This document shows, in pieces, positions 27,807 to 36,255 of a DNA stretch of 64,000 bases. Under the pieces are notes generated by a model, which was not told where the DNA came from, searched no databases, and saw only the letters and a list, made by a program, of their open reading frames with translations. The translations under genes were made by a program, and so were the position numbers. The stretch's first letter is position 1; each line of letters starts with the position of its first letter. This DNA is from a virus: IMG/VR virus record IMGVR_UViG_3300008516_000204, positions 1-64,000 of that record; one strand, written 5' to 3'.

Positions 27807-27941
27807 ATGGCAGGTCGAAAGCAATTAAAAGGAGTTAAGAAAAACAGACGGAAAACCTCCGCTGGCAGAAGAAGTCGAAGCAAGAGAAAGAAGTCTGTAG
27901 TAAAGAGACGGAGACTGAGATTGTTGGAGAAGAAGAAATAA
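27807..27941 (+). CDS. 44-aa extremely basic (protamine-like) protein
   Basis: SD GGAGGAG; MAGRKQLKGVKKNRRKTSAGRRSRSKRKKSVVKRRRLRLLEKKK. Confidence 0.65.
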   Translation: MAGRKQLKGVKKNRRKTSAGRRSRSKRKKSVVKRRRLRLLEKKK

Positions 27942-28383
27942 CAACATTGATTAAATAAAGGAGAAGATAATGAAATTGATTTATTATTTGAAATATTTTT
28001 TACTTGGCTTATGGGATGAACGAAATTATGTAGCATATCAAACTAAAGAGTTTATTAAAGATATTCACGAACTAACATTAAGTAGAATAAAATGAATTAT
28101 TTAGAGAAAGAAAAAGAACGAGAAGAATTGCAAAAGCTAATAGAGCAAGACAGAGAAGATGATAGTGCTGATTTTAGGCAATATGGCTTCTTAAAATGGA
28201 GAGTGAGGGAATAATGTTTATCGTAATTGAGTATATTAAAAATACTTATAATAATTGTAGCCTAGGCAGAAATGAAGAGGGGGATGTTATCTTCTTTGGA
28301 AGCGAGCATAGCGCCGAGCAATGGGCGAGAGTAAATTGTGTTCAAGACTATAAAATAGCAGAACTATGAATGAGGAGGATAAA

Positions 28384-28509
28384 ATGACATATAAAAATGT
28401 GCTTACCATAGCGATTGTTAGCCTTGCAATAGTTTTTGGTCTGCTGATTCTGCGGATAGGCTATATTTTAACAGAGATTTTGCATCAACTTCTTTCATCT
28501 TTAGTATAA
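28384..28509 (+). CDS. Small membrane peptide
   Basis: SD GAGGAGG; hydrophobic VLTIAIVSLAIVFGLLIL. Confidence 0.55.
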   Translation: MTYKNVLTIAIVSLAIVFGLLILRIGYILTEILHQLLSSLV

Positions 28510-28524
28510 ATAGAGGAGCTAAAA

Positions 28525-28623
28525 ATGTTTTTACTTAAGATAGGAATAGGAGTGATTATTTTCCTGCTTACAGTTGCTTACTTGATTTGTCGGGAAAAAG
28601 AGGAATATAAGCCAGATAAATAA
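28525..28623 (+). CDS. Small membrane peptide
   Basis: SD GAGGAG; MFLLKIGIGVIIFLLTVAYLIC. Confidence 0.55.
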   Translation: MFLLKIGIGVIIFLLTVAYLICREKEEYKPDK

Positions 28624-28852
28624 AGGAGATGTAATGAAAAATAAATATTGTCCATATTGCAAGAGTAAGAATATACAGAAAGTAGTCATTAAATTTTCAA
28701 ATAGTCAGGAACAACGAGTAGGTCTTTGTATGAGTTGCAAAAAGATTTTCAGTATTAAAAAAGGAAAATAAAATGCTACTATTGGCGGTATTATTAATTC
28801 TTTTAATTTGCTAGCTGATTAACAAATTTATGGAAATATGAGGAAGGTGAAA

Positions 28853-29092
28853 ATGAGAAAGAAAGAGTATAGGAAGGTAGAACTAACTTGCGTAGATATA
28901 ATTTCTTATGAGAAAGGAATTTGGAAACCAGAAGAATTGGAATTGCCAGAAGTAAAGATAGTCGGTTATTTGTGGTTTAAAGACAAGGAAAAGGTTGCTC
29001 TTAAAAGGATAGAAGGACATCCTGAAGATGAGCCCATTCTAATACCATTGGGATGCGTAAAGAAGATGACCTATCTTAAGGAAGTAAAATGA
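28853..29092 (+). CDS. Hypothetical protein
   Basis: V.L..VD...VGYL......V.L.....IP.GCV; overlaps the GGDEF start (ATGA). Confidence 0.65.
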   Translation: MRKKEYRKVELTCVDIISYEKGIWKPEELELPEVKIVGYLWFKDKEKVALKRIEGHPEDEPILIPLGCVKKMTYLKEVK

Positions 29093-29607
29093 CTAAAAGA
29101 GAACTTCAGCGAAAATTAAAGAAATTAGAAACCAAACTAAAAAGATATAAAAAATTTAGTTGGTATGATGACTTAACCAATCTTTTTAATAGAAGAAAAT
29201 TAAAGAGAGATTTGAATAGGTTATGCTATGATTATAAGAGATATAGACATATATTTATGATGATTTTAATAGATATAGATGGATTTAAAGAAATAAACGA
29301 CACCAAAGGACATTTGGAAGGAGATAGAGTTTTAAAGAAATTTGCAAATATAATTAAAAAAGCTATTAGAGAAACTGACAGAGCCTACAGACCGAGTGGA
29401 GACGAATTTGTTATTGTATTACCTCATAGTAATATTAAAAGTGCCAATAATGTTATACGAAGAATTAAGACAAATGCACAGGTAAATATAAGTTATGGAA
29501 TAGATAGAGGAAAGAAACCAAAAGAATTGCTTATTAATATAGATAAAAAAATGTATGAAAATAAAAGGAAGAATACTACAAAGAATAGAATAATAACTGG
29601 GACTTGA
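29089..29607 (+). CDS. Diguanylate cyclase (coiled coil + GGDEF domain)
   Basis: DDLT..NRR, IDIDGFKEINDTKGHLEGD, I-site RETD five residues before the A-site SGDEF, ISYG, D..MY..K. Confidence 0.93.
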   Translation: MTKRELQRKLKKLETKLKRYKKFSWYDDLTNLFNRRKLKRDLNRLCYDYKRYRHIFMMILIDIDGFKEINDTKGHLEGDRVLKKFANIIKKAIRETDRAYRPSGDEFVIVLPHSNIKSANNVIRRIKTNAQVNISYGIDRGKKPKELLINIDKKMYENKRKNTTKNRIITGT

Positions 29608-29632
29608 CAAATTAGGTTTTATAGCATATACT
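29604..29632 (+). promoter_or_regulatory. sigma70-type promoter P5 overlapping the GGDEF stop codon
   Basis: TTGACA (29604-09)-N17-TATACT (29627-32). Confidence 0.85.
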
Positions 29633-29663
29633 TAAATATATAGGTTAAAGAGTAACTTAACGA

Positions 29664-29747
29664 TATCCTCGATAAAGGTAAACCAGCCGAAAGACTGGGG
29701 CACAAAACTCAAGGTCGTTTTAAGCGAAGCCGAGTTGCCGAAGGATA
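29664..29747 (+). ncRNA. c-di-GMP-I (GEMM) riboswitch aptamer 1
   Basis: P1 TATCCTCG/CGA-AGGATA; GATAAAGGTAAA-CCAG-CCGAAAGA-CTGG-GGCACAAA-ACTC...AGCC-GAGTTGCCGA matches the GEMM consensus including the GNRA loop. Confidence 0.9.
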
Positions 29748-29764
29748 GGTAATTCGGCTTTTTT
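29727..29764 (+). terminator. Intrinsic terminator overlapping aptamer 1 (ON switch)
   Basis: AAGCCGAGTTGCC-GAAGGATA-GGTAATTCGGCTT ending in a T6 run. Confidence 0.88.
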
Positions 29765-29813
29765 ATTTAGGAGGAATTTCTGAAGTAGTATAACTTCAAC
29801 ACACAATTTGATT

Positions 29814-29888
29814 TACGATAAAGGCAATTCGCTAGTATAGCGAAGCGCAAAGCTGTGGGTCAGAGATGATAGCCGAGCTACCACAGTA
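29814..29888 (+). ncRNA. c-di-GMP-I (GEMM) riboswitch aptamer 2
   Basis: CGATAAAGGCAA-TTCGCTA-GTA-TAGCGAA-GCGCAAA-GCT..GGGTC..GATAGCC-GAGCTACC. Confidence 0.85.
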
Positions 29889-29909
29889 TTCGGTAGCTCG
29901 GCTTTTTTT
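29871..29909 (+). terminator. Intrinsic terminator overlapping aptamer 2 (ON switch)
   Basis: Perfect 12-bp AGCCGAGCTACC/GGTAGCTCGGCT stem ending in a T7 run. Confidence 0.92.
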
Positions 29910-29928
29910 CTAAAAAAGGAGGTCTAAA

Positions 29929-30510
29929 GTGCCTATGAAATTAATTAACCGATTAATAATAGCAACTATTTTATGCTCGGTAAACTTAATAGCTTATGGG
30001 GAAGTGATGGAGGGCGAGGGTTTTGCTATCGGTGGGTTAAAGGGCAGATATTATGAAAATGGTGGATGTATCTATTTTATTGGGGATTTTACAGAGAAAG
30101 AAATTATTATGCACCAACAAAAATATGAAAAAAGAATGACTAAAAGAGCAAGGCAAGTCGATGGTGAAATACAGCGAAAACATGAAATAGAGATTGAGAA
30201 AATTAGGGCTCAGGCATTGAGAGATTACCTAATTGCTCAAGATATGCCATTACGAGAAATTGCGGATGCTATGAGAAATCTTAAAATTAGGCAGAATGTA
30301 AATATAGGAGATATTACTTCCTCAAGTTCTTCTTCTATTGGGGATATAACAAATACATCCTCCTCAATTTCCGAAGGCAGTAATGCTACAGGAACTGGTG
30401 GAACTTTAACCAATACAAATACCAATTCGGCCAGAAGTTGGGGTTGCCCTTGTATAAAATGTCTTGAAGCGCCACTGCTTGAGACCATACCAAAAGAATT
30501 AGAATATTAA
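29929..30510 (+). CDS. Riboswitch-controlled putative secreted protein (coiled coil + S/T/N-rich tail)
   Basis: SD AAGGAGGT, GTG start; signal-peptide-like N-terminus ending IAYG; IGDIT-Sn repeats. Confidence 0.75.
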   Translation: MPMKLINRLIIATILCSVNLIAYGEVMEGEGFAIGGLKGRYYENGGCIYFIGDFTEKEIIMHQQKYEKRMTKRARQVDGEIQRKHEIEIEKIRAQALRDYLIAQDMPLREIADAMRNLKIRQNVNIGDITSSSSSSIGDITNTSSSISEGSNATGTGGTLTNTNTNSARSWGCPCIKCLEAPLLETIPKELEY

Positions 30511-30539
30511 AAATTAGTTTACTAAATGAGGAGGAGCTA

Positions 30540-30884
30540 ATGTGTCCAAAACAATACAAAGAAATATTCCGAGGAAAGACTGCTCGAACTCTGGAACTAT
30601 TGAGAGAGGAACAAGAACCCAAAACTCCTCTGGAAATTCTCATTGAGGAGGAGAAAAATGAGTTTGATGTTACCCAGAAAAAGCAGGAACATTTAGTCAA
30701 GGAAGTCAGGAGGGCTTTGAAAAGTTTGACATTAAGACAAAGGCAATGTATCAGATTATACTTTACAAGGAACAAAAAGCAGAAAGAAATAGCTCAAATA
30801 TTAGGCATTAATCAGAATGTAGTAACAGTACATCTTGCGAGAGCGAAAAAAAAGTTAAAAAAAGTGCTTAAAGGGAAGCGATAA
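30540..30884 (+). CDS. sigma70 region-4 (HTH) domain regulator
   Basis: AL..LT.RQR..I.L.F......KEIA..LGI....V..HL.RA.KKL; no region 2 visible. Confidence 0.85.
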   Translation: MCPKQYKEIFRGKTARTLELLREEQEPKTPLEILIEEEKNEFDVTQKKQEHLVKEVRRALKSLTLRQRQCIRLYFTRNKKQKEIAQILGINQNVVTVHLARAKKKLKKVLKGKR

Positions 30885-30885
30885 A

Positions 30886-31152
30886 ATGCCGAAAAAACAC
30901 TATATTATGAGGGGTAAAAAGTTGAAAAGAGATAGAAAAATGACCTATCCTGTTACAGACAGAGAGGTTGAAGAATTTATCTACAATGCTTTTGAACGCC
31001 AGAACCCACCGAGTATATTCAAAATGGCCCTTGACCGATTGAAGGAAGAGGGCTTTCGTTTTGATACAGCCAGAAACCTGCGAAAAAATTGGGATAGGCT
31101 TATAGATAGGGCTTTGGAGATTAGAGAGGAACTTGATAGAGAGGAGATATAA
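30886..31152 (+). CDS. Hypothetical protein
   Basis: Coupled, ORF track. Confidence 0.65.
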   Translation: MPKKHYIMRGKKLKRDRKMTYPVTDREVEEFIYNAFERQNPPSIFKMALDRLKEEGFRFDTARNLRKNWDRLIDRALEIREELDREEI

Positions 31153-31153
31153 A

Positions 31154-31468
31154 GTGAGAAAGTTATTTATAATTTTATTTATATTAGGATTAGTATTTTT
31201 TAGTAAAACAAACTATTCTCCATATTCTTGGCAAATTGCAATAAATCCAAGAGAAATTCATACTATAAATAAGATTGATTTAACATATCGAATTAAAGGG
31301 TTTCAATTAGTGGTATGGAAAAGACTATCATTTGAACCCTACATAGGTTTTCCTATCTTTACTTTAACAGGAGAATTGGAAAGAGAATGGATTAAAGAAA
31401 AGGGTGAAGCAGAAATTTTTGCAGATAAAATGATAAAAATACATAAAGTTATAGAGGAGATGAAATGA
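31154..31468 (+). CDS. Membrane-anchored hypothetical protein
   Basis: GTG start after SD GAGGAG; N-terminal TM. Confidence 0.6.
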   Translation: MRKLFIILFILGLVFFSKTNYSPYSWQIAINPREIHTINKIDLTYRIKGFQLVVWKRLSFEPYIGFPIFTLTGELEREWIKEKGEAEIFADKMIKIHKVIEEMK

Positions 31469-31825
31469 AAAAGAAATTAGAAGTCATAACCAAAGTCAAT
31501 AAGAGTGAGTGCTATATCTGCAAAGGCAGTGATAAGGATTGCAGGGCCTGTAATGGAACTGGCATTTACAAGGATAAGACCTATTTCTTCATTGTGAACG
31601 GTTATGCCTATTCTGGGGATACTTTAAAATAAGGGGAATAGAATGATACAGACAATCTTAACTTATGTCCAGCCGATAACAATAATCGCTTTCATAGTGG
31701 CAGGAACCTGCTGTTTATTGCTTAGACCGATACAGTTAACTACTGGCATTATTAACTATTTGCTTGGTGCTATCAATTTCTTTATTTTTTACGGGCTAAA
31801 AATTTTAGGGAGGTAGAAAAATAAA

Positions 31826-32104
31826 ATGAGAAAATTAAAAAAATATTTGAAGTATAAAAGATTTATAAGAAAAATTAGAAATCAATTACCTATTCGTCAT
31901 CCAGAAACAGGACAATGGTTAAATTGGGATGTAGAACTTATTAGAATTGGTAGTAAATATAACCCAATGACAGGCGAGGAATATGGAGGCTATTTAACAT
32001 TAAGTATAACTCAACATAATGACTATATATCTGTAGATGATACTGTTTATAGATATAACTGGAAGAAAAAAAGAATAGAACAAACTGGAGCTAGATGGAG
32101 ATAA
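31826..32104 (+). CDS. Hypothetical protein
   Basis: SD GGGAGGT. Confidence 0.65.
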   Translation: MRKLKKYLKYKRFIRKIRNQLPIRHPETGQWLNWDVELIRIGSKYNPMTGEEYGGYLTLSITQHNDYISVDDTVYRYNWKKKRIEQTGARWR

Positions 32105-32105
32105 G

Positions 32106-32978
32106 ATGAAAACCGATTTCCAAGATTTACTCATCGCACTAAATCTGTTGCCATTGAACAAGAGGCAGATTAACGCCCTGCTTTTGCTTTACTCTTACTA
32201 TCTCGACTCAAATGGGGATAATTCCGAAAAAGTCAGTATAAAAGACCTGAGCCTCCAAATCGGACTGGACAGCACAGTTGGCTCATTCACTCTGGATAGT
32301 TTGATAGATTACAATATTTTGGGCTCTGTTGTGCTAAAAGAGTTTGTGGTAAAAAAGGAGATTGCACAGCATTTTCAGCGAGATTTCCTGCAAACTTTAA
32401 AAGGCAAAAAAAATCTGGTAAAACAGGCTATCAGCAGGGTGGGATTTTTTATCAAAGAGGGAACGAAGATTTATGTCTTCAACCCAGTTTTGGAGAGCTG
32501 GAAATATCCGAGCTGGTACAAGTTGAGAAAGGCACTTAAAATTTTAAAGACAAGATTTCCAGCAAACGAGTTTTTGAAAAATCTGTCAAGCACTCTTGAG
32601 AAAAATTCTAAGAATACGAGGAAGAAAGTTACCGACAAAGAGGGAAGGATAAACGCACCCTATCTGGTCAGGGTGTTTCTGTCCAAGTTCAACAATGCCT
32701 ATGGAAAGAAATACACGCCGAACTGGGCGATGGACAGCATCAAAATGAACAATCTCATCAGGCAGTTTGAGAAGAACAATATGACTGCAAAGGATGTTCC
32801 AGATTTTCTGGACTGGACTTTCGGGAAAGCGGAGGAAAGAAAACTATCTATGCACACAGGACTGTTGCGGACTTTTGCAAACGAGTATGTGATAAAGGAT
32901 ATTCATCGGATAAAGCGAAATCGGAAGTTTCGAGAAACGATAGATGGAGACAAATTTATTCGGACAAAGGAGGAATAA
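32106..32978 (+). CDS. Hypothetical protein, possible replication initiator/loader (wHTH-like N-terminus)
   Basis: Upstream of primase-helicase; SIKDLS..IGL HTH-like segment; helical C-terminal domain. Confidence 0.5.
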   Translation: MKTDFQDLLIALNLLPLNKRQINALLLLYSYYLDSNGDNSEKVSIKDLSLQIGLDSTVGSFTLDSLIDYNILGSVVLKEFVVKKEIAQHFQRDFLQTLKGKKNLVKQAISRVGFFIKEGTKIYVFNPVLESWKYPSWYKLRKALKILKTRFPANEFLKNLSSTLEKNSKNTRKKVTDKEGRINAPYLVRVFLSKFNNAYGKKYTPNWAMDSIKMNNLIRQFEKNNMTAKDVPDFLDWTFGKAEERKLSMHTGLLRTFANEYVIKDIHRIKRNRKFRETIDGDKFIRTKEE

Positions 32979-32979
32979 G

Positions 32980-33267
32980 ATGAAAAGATTATTGATTAGT
33001 TTATTGGTAGGAGTTATTTTATTTGTTAATATGCCTTCTTATGCTTTGACTAAAGAAGAAGCAGATGGATATGTAGGAATGAAAAATGTTATAGTTTTGA
33101 CTTATGGATTGCTCAATCCTATAGAAGGCTTGAGATGTAACATCATAGCTGGAAGAACAATTGTCGAGAAAAATGGGAATTATGATGTTTATCTTTTGGA
33201 AAAATTAAATGGAGATGTGATTAGTATAAGAATTGAATATATCATCGAAGTATTAACAACTCAATAA
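32980..33267 (+). CDS. Secreted hypothetical protein
   Basis: SD AGGAGG; MKRLLISLLVGVILFVNMPSYA signal peptide. Confidence 0.65.
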   Translation: MKRLLISLLVGVILFVNMPSYALTKEEADGYVGMKNVIVLTYGLLNPIEGLRCNIIAGRTIVEKNGNYDVYLLEKLNGDVISIRIEYIIEVLTTQ

Positions 33268-33562
33268 ATAGATACCGCCTCATCTTCTTTTTTAAAACTA
33301 TGAGATATATTAGCAAGAGAAAATACAAGAAACTGATTAACCTCGTGGAAAAAATACTCTCTTCTGGGGAGGAATATGATGTTGCGAGGGAGTATTTTAT
33401 CGTGGAAGTTATCTTGGAACGGTTGCATATAAAGGTGGAGAAATAATGGCGATATTTTATCAGATAGTAGCGGGATTTCTTATGCTTTGTCTTCTTGGAT
33501 TGGTGGGATTTTTGGTTGCAATAGTTATTAGAGGGTTATGGCAAATATTTTGGAGATAAAAA

Positions 33563-33745
33563 ATGACTAAGATTAAAAGTGATAGGAAAATCCATAAATT
33601 ACATTACGGTATCAATATGCGTTCTCCTTATTATCGTTCTTCTTGTGGAAGGTGGAATGATTTAAAAATGGTAGGAACTTTTCAAGGAAAAGAAGTAACT
33701 TGTAAAACATGTTTGAGGTCAATGAGAAAGAAAGAGAGAAATTAA
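33563..33745 (+). CDS. Small Zn-binding protein
   Basis: IH....CG....VTCKTC. Confidence 0.6.
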   Translation: MTKIKSDRKIHKLHYGINMRSPYYRSSCGRWNDLKMVGTFQGKEVTCKTCLRSMRKKERN

Positions 33746-33749
33746 ATAA

Positions 33750-36044
33750 GTGAGAATAAAAAATTTAGAAGAACTAAAAAATAAACTCAGACCTTATTTA
33801 AAGGAATATCTCGAACTCAATGATACTGTATTCGAGGGGAATCACCTGACCTGTCCCTGTCGGTCTAATCACAGGAACGATGACAACACCCCATCTGCGA
33901 CATTCTTCCCCGACGATGAGCATATCAAGTGCTTTGTGTGTGACGATGTATCCAATGCCGACATATTTGCTTGTGCTTATTTTCTTGAGGGAAAGCCTCT
34001 TACTGGTTCTGAATTTATCAGTGATAATGTTTTATACTTGGCGAAAAAGTTTGATATCTCCTATAAGGTGGAGGACATAAGCGACAGGGAAAAGCAAGCG
34101 AGTCAGTTGCGAGAAATTTTGGAAGTGGCTAACAAGATGATGAAAGCGGTAATAAAGCAGGAACATTCCTCGTTGAAAAAAGTCAAGGATTATATTAAGA
34201 AAAGACATTGGGATAAAATCATAGACAAGTTTGAGTTTGGTTACTGCCTTTATGAGAAGTTAATTGCTAATCTTTTGAAGCGGGGATATACCAAAGAACA
34301 GCTTGAAATGGCTGGCTTAACAGATAAAGATAATGGGAGAAACCAGAATAGTGCCAAAGGCGTTTTGAATAATCGGCTCGTATTTCCCATTAGGGACGGA
34401 TATGGCAGGATAACTGGGTTTGCTAGCAGACGATTAAGCGACAAAAATGGGGAGCAGAAATACATCAACTTTAGGGCGACTAATTTGTATAAAAAAGCCG
34501 AGATACTATATAACTTGAAAGAGGCGAAAAATCATCCCAAAGTCTATCTTGTTGAGGGGTATGCCGATGTGTGGTCTTTGGCTTTAAAAGGAGTGGATAA
34601 TGTCATTGCTCTGGGAGGTTTGGGATTTAGTGATAAGCAATATGACCTTTTGGTGTATAATAGGATTAAGCAGTTGACACTCTGTCTTGATAATGATGAG
34701 GCTGGAAAAGAAGCGACTACCCGAATTGTTGAAGAAAAATTAAAGGCAAAAAGGGATATAGAAGTTTTTATCAAAGAGCCAAATGGAAATAAAGATCCAG
34801 ATGAATACTTACAAAGACATAGTGCTGAAGATTTTCTTGGCTTACCAGAGTTCACCATTTTTGAGTGGAAACTTAAGGACTTGAAAGAGAATAAAGAGAA
34901 TGAGTTTCTCAAAAATGACTTGATCCAGTTGGTAGTTAATGAGGAAGATTATGTAACCACCGAACAGATGATAAGGGATCTGGCCGAGGTTTTAAATGTT
35001 ACTTTTGAGACACTCAAAAAAGAAGTTGAGCGAAACAGGAAATTGGGTAGTGGCAAATATTTGCTAACTTCACGTGATATATTGAAAGAGAAAGCATCTC
35101 TTGAAACCGAAGTAAACCAGTTCGAGTCTTGGGCTTGGTCGAGGGGTGGTGGACTTTTGGGTCTGAAAACTGGCTATCCGATACTCACGAAAAAATTAGA
35201 TGGGTTGCAAAATGCTTTCTATCTGCTCGCTGGACAGACAAACATAGGAAAATCAGCAGTCTTATTAAATCTGGCCTTAAATCTTACGAAACATAACGAT
35301 GTCTTTGTATTGTTCTTTTCCATTGATGATAATATCAGGCAAATACTTCCGAGAATAATTGCTGCCGATACTAATTTGGAAATAAATACTGTGGCAAATC
35401 CGAAGTTCAAGATTAAATATAACAAGGAACTCAAACCAGAAAGAGCCGAAGAGTTGCTCAAAGCCCGTGAAAAAGCGATGACCAACCTAAAATCCTTGTC
35501 AAATTCTTTTGCCGTAAAAGAGGAAAACGATATTCGCAGCATAGAGGAGATGGAAAAATACATCCGAATATACAAGGAGATTGCGGGCAAGAAGCAGTTG
35601 GTTGTAATCGTTGACAATCTGCACAGGATAAAAAGCGAACTGAGGTTCGGCTCGGTGAGGGAGACATATATGTATGTGTCGGACACGCTGAAAAGATGGA
35701 AGACCGATTATGATATTCCAGTTGTGGCCACAGCCGAACTCAAGAAGATAAACTCGTTGCGGAGACCGTTGGGCGACGATATTAAGGAATGTGTTGATTT
35801 GCAGTTCGATTCAGATTTTACAGCACTACTCTACAATGATTTTGATTTGCGGGATGACAGTACCCTGTATTTTGTGGATAATAATGGGAAATCCCAACCT
35901 GTCATTGAAATAAGCGTTATCAAGAACAAGACGGGCGGGTTCAAGGGAAAGTTATACTACAAATTTTATAAAAATTTTTCCAAGATAGTTGAGGCTTCAA
36001 GAGAGGAAATGGAGCAATACTTTTCAGATTTTATAGGAAGATAA
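33750..36044 (+). CDS. DnaG-type primase fused to a DnaB-like helicase
   Basis: Zn finger CPC..H..D.TPS...CF.C; FPI....GF..R, KYIN; TOPRIM VEGY.D, DND.AG, KDPDE; Walker A AGQTNIGKS, Walker B IVD, KNK.G. Confidence 0.93.
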   Translation: MRIKNLEELKNKLRPYLKEYLELNDTVFEGNHLTCPCRSNHRNDDNTPSATFFPDDEHIKCFVCDDVSNADIFACAYFLEGKPLTGSEFISDNVLYLAKKFDISYKVEDISDREKQASQLREILEVANKMMKAVIKQEHSSLKKVKDYIKKRHWDKIIDKFEFGYCLYEKLIANLLKRGYTKEQLEMAGLTDKDNGRNQNSAKGVLNNRLVFPIRDGYGRITGFASRRLSDKNGEQKYINFRATNLYKKAEILYNLKEAKNHPKVYLVEGYADVWSLALKGVDNVIALGGLGFSDKQYDLLVYNRIKQLTLCLDNDEAGKEATTRIVEEKLKAKRDIEVFIKEPNGNKDPDEYLQRHSAEDFLGLPEFTIFEWKLKDLKENKENEFLKNDLIQLVVNEEDYVTTEQMIRDLAEVLNVTFETLKKEVERNRKLGSGKYLLTSRDILKEKASLETEVNQFESWAWSRGGGLLGLKTGYPILTKKLDGLQNAFYLLAGQTNIGKSAVLLNLALNLTKHNDVFVLFFSIDDNIRQILPRIIAADTNLEINTVANPKFKIKYNKELKPERAEELLKAREKAMTNLKSLSNSFAVKEENDIRSIEEMEKYIRIYKEIAGKKQLVVIVDNLHRIKSELRFGSVRETYMYVSDTLKRWKTDYDIPVVATAELKKINSLRRPLGDDIKECVDLQFDSDFTALLYNDFDLRDDSTLYFVDNNGKSQPVIEISVIKNKTGGFKGKLYYKFYKNFSKIVEASREEMEQYFSDFIGR

Positions 36045-36045
36045 A

Positions 36046-36255
36046 ATGGATATAAATAGTATAAGCAAACTGTATGGCAAATCGGTTATAGAAACATTTA
36101 ATGAGAAATATCATAAATTTGATATAGTGGATAGGAGTTATCTTGAAAAATCTCTGCTTACCAAATCAGTCCAAGATTTTTATTTTACAGTGAGTTTAAG
36201 GCTTATAGCAGATTATCTTAAATGTATGCTACAGGAGAGGAAAAATGCAAAATAA
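36046..36255 (+). CDS. Hypothetical protein
   Basis: Coupled. Confidence 0.55.
   Translation: MDINSISKLYGKSVIETFNEKYHKFDIVDRSYLEKSLLTKSVQDFYFTVSLRLIADYLKCMLQERKNAK

Noticed and set aside
29089-29909. Hypr-GGDEF / 3'3'-cGAMP (GEMM-Ib) system
   Set aside because: The cyclase has Asp (GHLEGD), not Ser/Thr, at the specificity position, and both aptamers have G at the position-20 equivalent.
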